This document shows positions 25,539-37,400 of a stretch of 64,000 nt of DNA, piece after piece. This stretch comes from Ophelia neglecta (Eukaryota), in NCBI GenBank assembly GCA_965285935.1, contig OZ260663.1:3348001-3412000 (forward strand), written 5' to 3'. The notes under the pieces were generated by a model that worked only from the letters and a program-made list of their open reading frames with translations, searched no databases and was not told where the DNA came from. Position 1 is the stretch's first letter, and every line of letters begins with the position of its first letter. A program made the position numbers and the translations under genes.

Positions 25539-27550
25539 AACCACATCAAGGTAAGAACCCACTGTCTTAGTTTGGACCAGTCTTCTGCCCAGTATGAGGT
25601 TTCCAGTGAGTTCATACCTAGGGCTCTTCCTGGGTATAAAAAGAAGAGACTTGGCAGTGGGTTCTTACCTTGACGTGGTTGCCCAGCTTGTGCTTTACAA
25701 AACAGAACCCTCACTGACAGAGTTTATAAGGTTTATTAGTTACATGTTACAGACAAGTACATGGATGTATATGGAACTTTCTTTTATCTATTTATTAAAC
25801 AACTAACCTTTTATGTTCCTTTACTAACACATTTTAGTCAGAAAAACAGAATGACCCACATGGTGTCTATGTGTCGTTAAGCCCCAAAAATCCAAATCCA
25901 AATACAGACAAGTACATCAAACCAGATCATGATAACATGAAATTACAATTTCACTCATTGTTTCTTCTGGAGGGTTACCCTGGCATTTGTAATTTTGTTT
26001 TGGAAGATCACACGAATACTGCTGGGGTCCTCTTCAAACCCCAGCTATATTGCTTTGGCATGCATGAAATCTGAAATGACAATAATAAATCATACAAGTT
26101 GGATGTACATTGATTTCCTTCTGTGACTTGACAATATATAGAGGTCTATGTAACATGTGTGAAGAATCATTGTTCTGAAAGGAGTAAAAACTGGTTGATC
26201 GAATTAATATTGTTCATAGTTTCACTTAGTGACGGTTGGATATGGCTGTTCCAGAAATTGTCCTCAGGGTGGCGTGAGCAGCAACGACTTTGTTGTGCGG
26301 GATAGGGGGGTTAAATTGGAAAAAGCCTGTCCGGCACATTGGGGAAAAATGGAAAAGCCTATCCGGCGGACAGGGGTGTATTTGAAAAAGTGTGTCCAGG
26401 GTAGGGGGAGGGGTATAAAACAACTCATGGTGGTGATTGGTGCGAGGGTATAGCCTACTTATAGGTTCGAGTAAATCATTTGTGATGTGTCTAAGGGGCA
26501 GAATTACCGTTGTTAATTATTCCATATATTCTGTTGTTCGGTACACCGCTGACTGTGTTTCACTTGCACATCCATACATTCTCCAGCAAGAATATATTTG
26601 CGACTTTGTTCAATCACTAGTCAGTCATATATACCTTTACCCGGTGCGAACAAAACCCAAACACTGTCAAAGCAGCAATACGCAGTTCCGGCAGGGGCAG
26701 TACGATCTAAATTCAACTTTCTCACAGTTAAAACAAGTTGCCGCCCATCCCTCCCTAGGACAATTCTCTGGAACCGCCCTGATTCATAAAAGGAAATATC
26801 TTTTGAAATAGTTCATCTGCTTTCTACCTGTAACTGCACTTTTTTTCAGGACATCCAAGGAATCATTTGCTCCTTTAGAGAGAGCCAGTTCTTCTACTGA
26901 GAAGACTAAGCCTATCACCTTATTTAATAGATACCTAAAAAAATATTTGAAAAGTGTTGAAGACTGATGTATCAAAGAGACAGCAAAACTTGATTCAGCT
27001 TTTCTGGTTTAATTTGACTGTAGATCTAGTTGGAAGCGAAGTTGTGTAGCATATCACAAGCCCTTATGCATGTCAAATCACCACAAATATAATGAAGCAG
27101 TATGAAAATCTTACGCTCGCAACCGGTGATTTGGTATAATCTTTTACGGGTAAAGAGACATGATTATATTAACATTGATTCTTCAAATTATATTTAGGGC
27201 TGTTCCAGTAATTGTCCCCAGGGAAACTCTCCGGGATATGGGGGATGAATTGGAAAAGCCTGTCTGGGATATAGGGGGTAAATGCAAAACCCTGTCCGGC
27301 AGATGAGGGTGTATTTCAAATAGTGTCCGGGATAGGGCGAGGCTGGACTTTCAAACACATGTCTGGAAATCAGGGTTAAACCAACATATAATTTAGAATA
27401 GTCACGGTTGTTCTGTTTTGTAAAGCACAAGCTCGGCAACCACGTCAAGGTAAGAACCCACTGCCAAGTCTCTTCTTTTTATACCCAGGAAGAGCCCTAG
27501 GTATGAACTCACTGAAAACCTCAAACTGGGCAAAAGACTGGTCCAAACTA
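25539..27550. repeat. Inverted pair of a ~140-bp repeat (25568-25708 and 27410-27550); first copy has a local 26-bp inverted repeat
   Basis: The two copies are reverse complements with a few mismatches. AACCACATCAAGGTAAGAACCCACTG (25539-25564) is inverted at 25655-25680. Confidence 0.85.
25955..26934 (-). pseudogene. BEN-domain gene remnant carried by the CACTA element
   Basis: Exon 26934-26828 YLLNKVIGLVFSVEELALSKGANDSLDVLKKSAVT splices in phase 1 to exon 26070-25955 DFMHAKAI*LGFEEDPSSIRVIFQNKITNARVTLQKKQ*. Confidence 0.65.
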
Positions 27551-29646
27551 TGTTATTGAAGCAACTTAACTATTTTAGCACCCCACCCAGGCACAAAAGG
27601 CTGTGTAAAGCATATAATGAGTGATTGCGTAAGTTTTTGTTCAATCCACAGGACAATGTTCTGGCAAGAACAAATAGCCTAATGGTGTTTTTTCCCCTAG
27701 TATCAAAACGTTACTCCAACACTGGATGTATTATCATCCGAAAAGGGGCAAGTTTTTTGAGAAGGAATGTTTTATTGTTTTTGACTTTTTCACAGCAAAC
27801 AAAAACAACTGAGTCTCAGAACTCAAGTAAAGCTGACTTGCATCATAGTGGTGATAATGACTTGATTCAGAGTCACCTAATTTTTCCAAGCTGGTTTCCA
27901 TTCCTGCAGTCTACTCTGACATAATTATTCCCTCCATGAGGCAATAGTAACTTTTCCAATTGAAACTTTATTGCCTGTGCATTCTGTAACTGCATCTAAG
28001 CGGTAGCTTGTATATATAGGCCAACAATTTATTGAGTACTTGTATATTAATCATTAGTTAGTGGTCATTGGTTGAATAGATCTACAGCATTCTTTCTGAG
28101 GGCTTGAATTGGAAGGGTAAACTATCTATAGTTTCTCAAAATGAAGCTTTTTGCAATATAAAAAAGAATAACTTAGTAATTTTGAAATGGAAATTAATAC
28201 TGAACATATGGATTTAGTTTTTTCTTTCAACATCATGACAAGAAGTTTTTTCAAAATCACACCAGCAATATAAACTAGCTCTACAGAATCAATGCTTTGC
28301 TGATCAATCCAGGCCTTAATGTGAAAGCAGTTTATCCATGATTCCAGGAGCATTGTTTCCATCATCAAAACAATGCTTTCTGATATTTCAATGCTCATTC
28401 AATATATTTAAACCATTGATTTCATTAAAAAAAATGCCTTGAAATATTTCAATGCTCAATCAAGGCTTTTGAAACATTGATTTGGCATTTTAATGCTGTT
28501 AAAAGCATTTAAATGCCAAATCAATGCATTCTTTTTGGTAAGGGTCTCTATTTGGTACTTTATAATATCCTGTGTCTCCTTTTGAGATAACCTAAGCAGA
28601 ACAATACATATAAAAATATAATTTATTTCCTGTTTTGTGAAGTTCCAGGTGATTATTACTATTAATCTGTCTTGTCTGTGCTTCTTTCTTTTGTTCTGCA
28701 GTTTCCAGTCTTGTTGCCGCATTCTCTGCGTTGAAAACTGCTGCAGGCGTAACTTAGCTCCATACATTATGTGAATCCTCCCTTGAACAAAAAAAAACAT
28801 AATTCAGAAAGTGAAGTGTCTGGCAGGGTAATTATTGAAATATTTCTATATATACTTATTTATTTTTACCCCTGAAATTGGGATGATCATCAGTCTATTC
28901 ACGAAGGTGATTTGTACAATCATTTTCAATGGTGTACCAAACAAATTTCTACCCATTAAATGTTGGTTCTGGCCTGCCATCCACGAGGAGTTCCTCATAT
29001 ACACTGATATCTGGCTCCATGGTTCTTACATCCTTGCTCCTCTCAGCGGCTGGTTGCCACACTTCAATTGGAGCTAAATTTCTACCGCCTCCACTGAGGG
29101 AGGAGTGGATCCGGTTGCTGCAAGGTAGTAACTAAATGCAATTTGTATGAATCAGACTACCCCCCTCTTTGGCTATTCCATAAAATTTCCACATAATGCA
29201 AAATAATGTCAAGAGCAATGTACACGCCTTGTTTGGTAGCAATCAGATAAACTATGTGGAAAAATAAGTGTTAAATTTTGGAAATACCAAAGCTGACACA
29301 ATAAAATAGAAAAAGGGCAATAACTATATCAAATTTGGTATGATCAACATGGCTATCTACTGGACATGGCTGGCTAGCTGGGCTTCTGAGTTAGTCCGAG
29401 GGAATCCATTGAATTTAAAGTTTTATAACTGCCATCCAAGCCTAACATTATAGGTGAAATATTCTGTTGGATATCTGGAATGTACAAAATGGTTAATTTT
29501 TAAATAAGGTGGTGCTACAGAACATATTTTCTCAAATTTGTGGTGTCAGATAGGATATCATGGAGCGGCCATGTTGAATATATGGCCATGTGAACTCGTT
29601 CAATAGCTCTGGTTGGTACTTCGCCACAGTGATTCTAGCAAATTAG

Positions 29647-30465
29647 ATGGAAACTCCAGACATTGGTGCAGGGAAACGCCAAAGGAGCCAACTGACCCCG
29701 GATTCTGGTGACTCTCAAATAGGTCTCAACAAAATAAGAAAAAATTTAGAAATGTCTTCAGAAGCCGAAAGTCTACAGGTGAGCAGTCTGGACCTTAGCC
29801 CGGTGGAAGAAATTGTCTCCAGCCATGTAGAAAGTATGAAGAAACAACAAGACCAGTTCAGAGGTGAGATAATAGAAGCAGTTAAAAACCAAATACAGAA
29901 ACAATTAGATGTGCTGGAGAATAGAATAGTTACTTTGGAGCAGAGAAAGGATAACATTGAGAAAGAAAATGATAGATTGAATACAGAAGTTAAGACTCTG
30001 AAACAGAATGTGAAAGAGTTGATGTCAAAATCTATAGAGAACAACCAGTATTCAAGGAAAACAAATGTCAGAATTTTTGGTATGAAGGAACAGGAGGAAG
30101 AAAACTGCAAATCTGAGGTCCAGAAAGTATTTAAAAAGCTAAAAATAAAGAGTGGTGAAGAATGGATAGATGTGGCTCATAGAGTGGGCAAAATGCCAGG
30201 AGATGAATCAAATGAAAAACCAAGGGCTATGATAGTTAGAATGGTCAGTTTTGAATTGAAGGAGAAGGTTATGAAGTCCAGGAAAGAGCTGAAGGGAACT
30301 GAGGTGTCTATACAAGACGATATGTGCTGGGAATATATGAGATATATAGCCTATCTCAAGAAGAAAGAAGCAGTTCAGGATGTCTGGACATGGATGGGAA
30401 AGGTGTTTGTCAAATTGAAAAGCACCGGAAATAAAAAGAAGCTGAGGTATGGAGAAGAAATTTGA
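29647..30465 (+). CDS. L1/Tx1 ORF1 protein (coiled coil plus RRM/Transposase_22-like)
   Basis: 272-aa open ORF; NQYSRKTNVRIFG, IDVAHRVG, PRAMIVR, VSIQDD, WTWMGKVFVK. Confidence 0.9.
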   Translation: METPDIGAGKRQRSQLTPDSGDSQIGLNKIRKNLEMSSEAESLQVSSLDLSPVEEIVSSHVESMKKQQDQFRGEIIEAVKNQIQKQLDVLENRIVTLEQRKDNIEKENDRLNTEVKTLKQNVKELMSKSIENNQYSRKTNVRIFGMKEQEEENCKSEVQKVFKKLKIKSGEEWIDVAHRVGKMPGDESNEKPRAMIVRMVSFELKEKVMKSRKELKGTEVSIQDDMCWEYMRYIAYLKKKEAVQDVWTWMGKVFVKLKSTGNKKKLRYGEEI

Positions 30466-33400
30466 TGTGGACTTTTTGCTGAACATTGTTTTATACTATT
30501 GAAACTGATACACAGACCAGGTAAGCCAGGCCAGATAGGCAGGTGGGTACTGTGCCTTGAAACCCATTGTGACTGTATGAGGTTGTAGGCACACTCATTG
30601 TTTACTGGGTGCTGTATGGCTGATGAATTACTGTGTCTGAACTATTCACACTGACTGGCTAGTCAGTACAATCCCACAAGAGTAAATGTTTTAAACTTGA
30701 CATTGTCTCTGTTAGAACAATGCAACATTGTGTTCAAATGTCAAGCTATAAGGTAAACTATTTGCTCAGGTTTTTTATAGAAATAGGTATAAGTAATTAT
30801 TAGGTGATACAGGTACAAATAAGGTTATTGTATTAAAATACTATGTTTACTTATATATAGACTTGTAAGATGTGGAATTATATAATACTGGGAGGCTAGA
30901 AATTAAGTTTTTCTTTAGGGATGTGTTTGAGCTTTACAGGAAATTCTGTGAAAAATAAATGTCTCACACAAGACAATATAAGGTTCAATAGAGAAATGGC
31001 ACAATGATAGATGGTATGGCATTCCTTCGGACGGGTCAGCCAACCCGGTTAATTTCCTAGTTTTGTTTTTTGTTTTCTTATTTTTTTTCCCCTATAATTC
31101 TATTCCCACTTTTTTTTTTCTTTTTCTCCACTGATATTTATTTATCAAACAGATAGGCCTAGGCAAAGTCAGTCTGGCTTCAGTATGCCTAGAAGCATGG
31201 GAAACATGCCTGTGCCAGTAGACATATCACGGTCCCTTTATTTGCAAAATATTCCCTTGCATATTAGCTATAAAATTACTATTAACTATGGATAAAGTGG
31301 TAATAAAAGGCAGGCACTTCTCCAATGCTGGTACTAAGAAAATGTTCACTTGTATGTGTATGCGCTGTGATTGTAAGATACGGTTACTATTGATTGTTAA
31401 CGCCCTTGGCTTAGCCAATGGGGGATAGTTACCAAAATATAGGGGGTCCTATGAGGGGGGTTGAAAATTGCTTAAGACTGGAATCAATGAATGTAAGAGG
31501 TTTGGCAAACCGTGAAAAAAGGAGAGATATTTTTAATTATCTTAGAGAAAAGAAATGTGACATCTGCTGTCTACAAGATTTTCATTGTTCCATTGAAAAG
31601 GTTACTATGTATGAGCATGAATGGGGTCTGAAAAGTATTTATAGTTGTTACAACTCGAGCAGTAGGGGAACAGCCATTTTATTGAATAATACTTTTGAAT
31701 ATAAAATTTATGAGGTCAAGCTAGATGATTGTGGTAATTGGGTGGTTCTTGATATAGAAATAGAGGGTACAAGGTAAACTTTAATATCTCTTTATGGTCC
31801 AAACAGGGACACCCCTGATTTCTATAAACATATATCCTCCTTGATAGAATCTTTTGAAAATGCTACCGTAATACTGTGTGGCGATTGGAATTTAGTACTA
31901 CAACAAAATTTAGATACCAAAAACTACAGAAATGAAAATAATGTAAAGGCTAGAGATCAAGTTACAGATATGTGTACAAAATTTGATTTGTGTGACCCTT
32001 GGAGGGTACAAAACCCAAATATGAAACAATACACTTGGAGACAGAGAAACCCATTAAAATTTGCAAGACTTGATTTTTTTCTGGTAACTGAGGATCTGTT
32101 AAATCTCACAAAGAAAGTAGAAATTTTACCCTCTTATAAGTCGGACCATTCTCTGATTATTCTTAATTTAAACTTGAAGGGCGAAGGTCGGGGTAAAGGT
32201 TTTTGGAAAATGAACACTTCATTAATTGGGGACAAAGATTATGTGAGTTTGGTTAAAAACACAATTAGAAATACTATAGAACAATATGCTGAGCCAGACC
32301 AGAATCTTGATTCTAAGGATATTAATTTCTCTATATCAGATCAGTTGTTTTTTGATATGTTAAAAATGAATATTCGCTCTAGAACGATCCCCTATTCGGC
32401 TAGGAAGAAAAAATTATACCAGAAAGAAGAAAAGGAATGCGAGGAAGAAATTATAAAACTCGAACAAAATATAACTAAACTAAATATGGAAAATGCACCT
32501 GTAAATAAAATAGAATTGGTAACACACGAGTTAACTACAAAACAGGAAATATTGAACAGAATTAGAGAGGAAAAGATTAAGGGCATTTTGTTGAGGACAA
32601 AAAGTCGCTGGCACGAATTGGGGGAAAAGCCAACCAAATATTTCTGTAGTCTGGAAAGAAGAAACTATGTTAGTAAACTTATATCTAAATTAAGAAACGA
32701 AGGAAATGATTTGATTACTGATCCTACTCAGATTCTAGAAAAACAAAAAGAATTTTATAAAAAGCTATATGATAAAAAACATAAAGATTTGAAGAATTTA
32801 GACCTTTTTTTGAACCCAGAAAATACTAATAAATTAACAGAACCCCAAAGGGAGGAATGTGAGGGACTGATAACAGAAAATGAAATTAAATTGGCATTAA
32901 AAAATATGGAAAATAACAAGACGCCTGGCCCCGATGGTTTCCCTGCAGAATTTTACAAATTTTTCTGGCCCGATTTAGGGCATTTCGTTATAAGATCCTT
33001 AAACAATGCATATAACAAGGGGGAGTTGTCGATCACACAAAAGCAAGGTGTAATAACCTGTTTACCAAAGGGGGGGAAAGACAGAGAACTTCTAAAAAAT
33101 TGGAGACCAATTTCATTGCTAAATGTGGACTATAAGTTACTTTCTGCTGCTCTTGCAAATAGACTTAAACAATTTCTTCCAGACATTATTGGCAATCATC
33201 AGAAGGGTTTTATTAAAGGTAGATTCATAGGAGAAAATACTCGTCTAGTTTATGACGTTATAGACTACTTAAAAAGAAACTCACAGACTGGGTTACTACT
33301 CTTGGCTGATTTCGAAAAAGCATTTGACACAATTGAATGGCATTACCTAGATAGGGTGCTATATGCATATAACTTTGGCCCATCATTCATTAAATGGTTT

Positions 33401-33565
33401 AATATAATTTACAAAAATGCCTGTAGCTGTGTTATAAATAATGGTTTCTTTTCTGAGTTTTTTACTCTGGGGAGGGGTTGAAGACAGGGGGACCCTCTAT
33501 CTCCATATTTGTTCTTACTAGCAATTGAGCCCTTGGCTCTAGCTATAAAGAGAGACAATAATATT

Positions 33566-34344
33566 TGTAATACACCAAAACAAACATTGTAAACATTGTA
33601 CATTGGTCAACAATTCCATTGTAATGTAATTTGACTCGAGGTACAACACAATAGGCTGTGTAATACACAGGGTTGTATATTGAATGTATTGAAAGGTATT
33701 TGCTATTGTGTGGGGTCTTGACCACTTGACCACTAGTAGGCAGTGTGCACAGACTGCCTTGGTGTAGCATGCTTACAGCAGGACACACATTTCAAGCTAT
33801 CAACACATTTCAAGCTGTCAACACTGTTTTTGACAAATTATGTAGCCCCCAAAGAAGGTAAAGTAGCCAAATTAGTTTATTCTTACATATGGAGTTTCTG
33901 ACAATACTGTAGCAGTAAATTTGATGATATATTCATTGTGTATTTCCTTTAATTTAAGTCAGTTTGTAGCTTCAAATTTATTTGTTCTCCTAGCTGTGTA
34001 TATGCCTGTATAGGCCAGTATAGGCTACACTGTACAGCACCATAGGCTCATTACTGGTAATACTGGTACCATTGGTAAAACATAATAGTTAATGCTAGAA
34101 TTCACATTAATTTAACTAAAATATCCATTATTAGTTTCTTTTGTGTTAAACATAGAGTATATAGTCTGGTACATTATTACATTTTTTTTTTTACAGTTTA
34201 ACCGTCATTGCTGATTGCAAGTGTTCAAGCATTAGGCACCTCTAAACAAGAATTGACATTTGTACTGTATTTAACTGAACTATCAATACACTAATATCAA
34301 GCAAAAGGACGTGTTTAGCTTTATTGGGGCTGTCAAGGGTTACA
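33566..34344 (+). repeat. 5' LTR (779 bp)
   Basis: TGTAATACACC...AAGGGTTACA, near-identical to the 3' LTR. Confidence 0.97.
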
Positions 34345-34445
34345 TAAAGTTAAACTTCTTTTGTGATTGAAAACTGCTTCCAGGCATCCTACATGTGACA
34401 ACTTCAGTGATTCTGTGTTTTCAAGCTTCTTGTTGTACATTCACA

Positions 34446-37400
34446 ATGTCGTTTGTGAGGCAACAGGATCAAGCCAAGAAAAACAGGAAAGGACTTAAGA
34501 CTCGCATCACAAAAGTCTTGAAGGAGCTATCTGAAATTCCCATGGTCGAGACTAATTTTACAACAATACTTAAGAAGACAAAACAGCTGTCTGAAGCTAT
34601 TGTTCAATTTGAAGATGCTTGTGCTGACTTTCACACTATGTTAATCAAAGATGAGGACTTGCAGAAATCTGATGAGTACCTTAAACAAATGGTGGAAAAA
34701 TATGTAACTGAGATAAGGAAATATGAAGATTGGTTACAGGCTACAAAAAGTACTGTACAGAACAGGATCAGTTCTGATGGCAGTTTAAGGACACCGGATT
34801 CATCTCAAACACGTTTCAAGGAGATTAGGCATGAATCCAGAACCCCAACTGGACGTTCTGATCGTGAAGGACATGACGAAGAGATTGATTCTGTTAGTGA
34901 TGCAGGTGCAAGTAATGTTTCTATTACATCTTCTGTTATGGCAGCTCAACGACTCAAGGCTGAAGCTGAAGAAATGGAATTAAGGCTTCGGAAAGAGAGA
35001 CAGGAAATGGAAGATGAAAAACAAGCCTTTGAAAACAAGCAGCGCCAAGAGGAAGCTCGGCTAAATAATATGCGTCTTGAATTTGAGCTCCAGCAAAGAT
35101 CGTTGCAGCTAGAAATGAAAGAACGTGAAATTGAGTATAAAGAAAAGGTTCTCAATATGGCTGCAGAGGACAACAAAACTGTTCGGTTTCTTCCAGAGCC
35201 ACCTCAAGCCAGATCTACCCCTAGTAGTGTTTCTAAGGGCAAAAGGCGTCCACCTTCCATTATTCCTACAAATATGTATACTGAGGATAATAGGCCACAT
35301 GACCAATATCCTGAACAGAGCAATATGCCATCCAGGGGGTCACCGCCTACTGATTCACCACCGGGCCAGCAGGGCAGACCAAATCAGATTGACCCAACTA
35401 TGCAGTTTATGCAACAGATACTGAATAACAGTATAACAAATCAGAGAGAAATAGCAGAGTTTCTTGGCAACACCACGACTGTGTTACAGCAAACATTGCA
35501 GCAAACCATGGTACAGAATCATCAGAACCAACAGACATTAGTACAGTCTCTTCACCTACCCAAGTGCGATTTACAAACATTTGATGGAAATCCGATCAAT
35601 TATTGGTCTTTTATCCATGCATTTGAAGAGAATGTTCATATTGAGAGCCTTGGTAATGCTGGGAAGCTATCAAGACTCCGACAGTATTGCACAGGACAGG
35701 CAAAAAAGGTGATTGAAAGTTGCAGTGTCATGCCACCTGATCAAGGGTACCAGAGAGCTAGACAATTATTAGAAGAGCGCTTTGGGAATGCATTCACAGT
35801 TGCTGAAGCATGGTTGGAGAAGATTGAGAAACTACCAGATATTACCAACCAAAAGGCACTACAAACTTATGCTGATGAACTACAGAACTGTAAACAGACT
35901 CTGAAAAGTATGGGTTACATCAGTGAGTTAGACAACAGTCGTAGTTTGTTACGTTTGGCTCAGAAATTGCCTAGAGATCTCCAGAAGAGTTGGTCAAAGA
36001 AAGTAGTAGAAATAAAGGTTCAGAAAACCAGACGCCCTAAGGTAAAAGATCTAGTAAAATTTGTTGCGGTATCTGCCGAGGCAGCTCGTGACCCAGTTTT
36101 TGGTGAGATGTTCATGTCTAATGACAAATTCAAACAACAAGGCAAGAAGAAGCAAAGGATCAGAGGAGGAAAAGACAAGGACAAGAAAGGAGACATGACT
36201 TTCATTACCCAAACAACACCACCACAATCACCACCACAATCACCACCACAATCACAACACGAGCAATCGATCTCAGCTGCAGCAGCAGCTGTAGCTACAC
36301 CAACTCGTCCACCATTGAAGTGCCCCTATTGTCAAGCACAGCATATTCTATTTGGTTGCTACCAATGGAAGTCCCTACCAGTCAGGGATAGACTAAACTT
36401 TGTACAGAGTAAGCATTTGTGCGTCAACTGCTTGAAACCTCATCGTACTAGTGAATGCAGAAAACCAACTGTGTGTTCAATTGAAGGCTGCGGACTTAAG
36501 CACACAAAATTTCTGCACCTGCCCCGACAACGACCTCCAGATGCCACACTTAACAGCCAGAGCAATGGTCAGACATCTCAGTTGACACTCCAGACAACAC
36601 CCCAAGCATCGGCAAGTCAGAATTCTGGACCTCAAGCGAATCAGACACCCCCGTTAAACTCGTCAACGCAGTCACAGCCTACTGAGGCGCCTACCAGCAC
36701 CCCAACATATGCGACTTATAAGGTCACTGGGGCCGGTGTGGGTAAAGTGGCAATGCCAATTGTTCCCTTGAAGATTCGTGGAAAGGACTCAGAATTCATT
36801 CAAGTCTATGCCATGTTAGATAACTGTTCTACTCAAACGTTTTGTTCTGAGCAGCTGGCTGATAAGTTGAAGCTGGAAGGTGAGCAGAAGACAATATATC
36901 TGACTACATTGGAAGAGGAGAGAAAACCGATAGGCTCAAGGCAAGTGGCCCTCGAAGTGACTGACCTCGAGGAGAACCACACTATCAGTCTCAACAATGT
37001 AGCCACGAAGACAAACCTAAACATTAACAATGACCTGCTCGTAACCAATGAGGATATCCATAATTGGCCACACCTGAGAGACATCCAACTACCGGATGTC
37101 CAATGTCAAGAAATTCATCTTCTAGTAGGGCAAGACAACGCAGATCTCTTCTATCCTGAAGAAAGAAGAAAAGGACAAGTTGGAGAGCCATATGCAGTGA
37201 AGACAATATTTGGTTGGACACTCCATGGACCTCTCAAGAAAGGACACAAAGAATCTTACAGTCACTTCACAGACACTGACAACACCCTGAATCTCCAAGT
37301 ACAGAGGTTTTGGGAAATAGACAATACCAATTTCGAAGACCAATTGACCTACTCCTTGAATGATAAGAAAGTCATTCAGATGTGGAATGACTCTCTAGTC

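Larger units (their letters stand above)
25064..28544. mobile_element. Non-autonomous CACTA/EnSpm (CMC)-type element, 3.48 kb
   Basis: TIR CCCTTACCAAAAA...TTTTTGGTAAGGG, 2-bp TSD TC, and arrays of GCATTGAA/TTCAATGC subterminal repeats at both ends. Removing it restores an open integrase exon. Confidence 0.85.
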
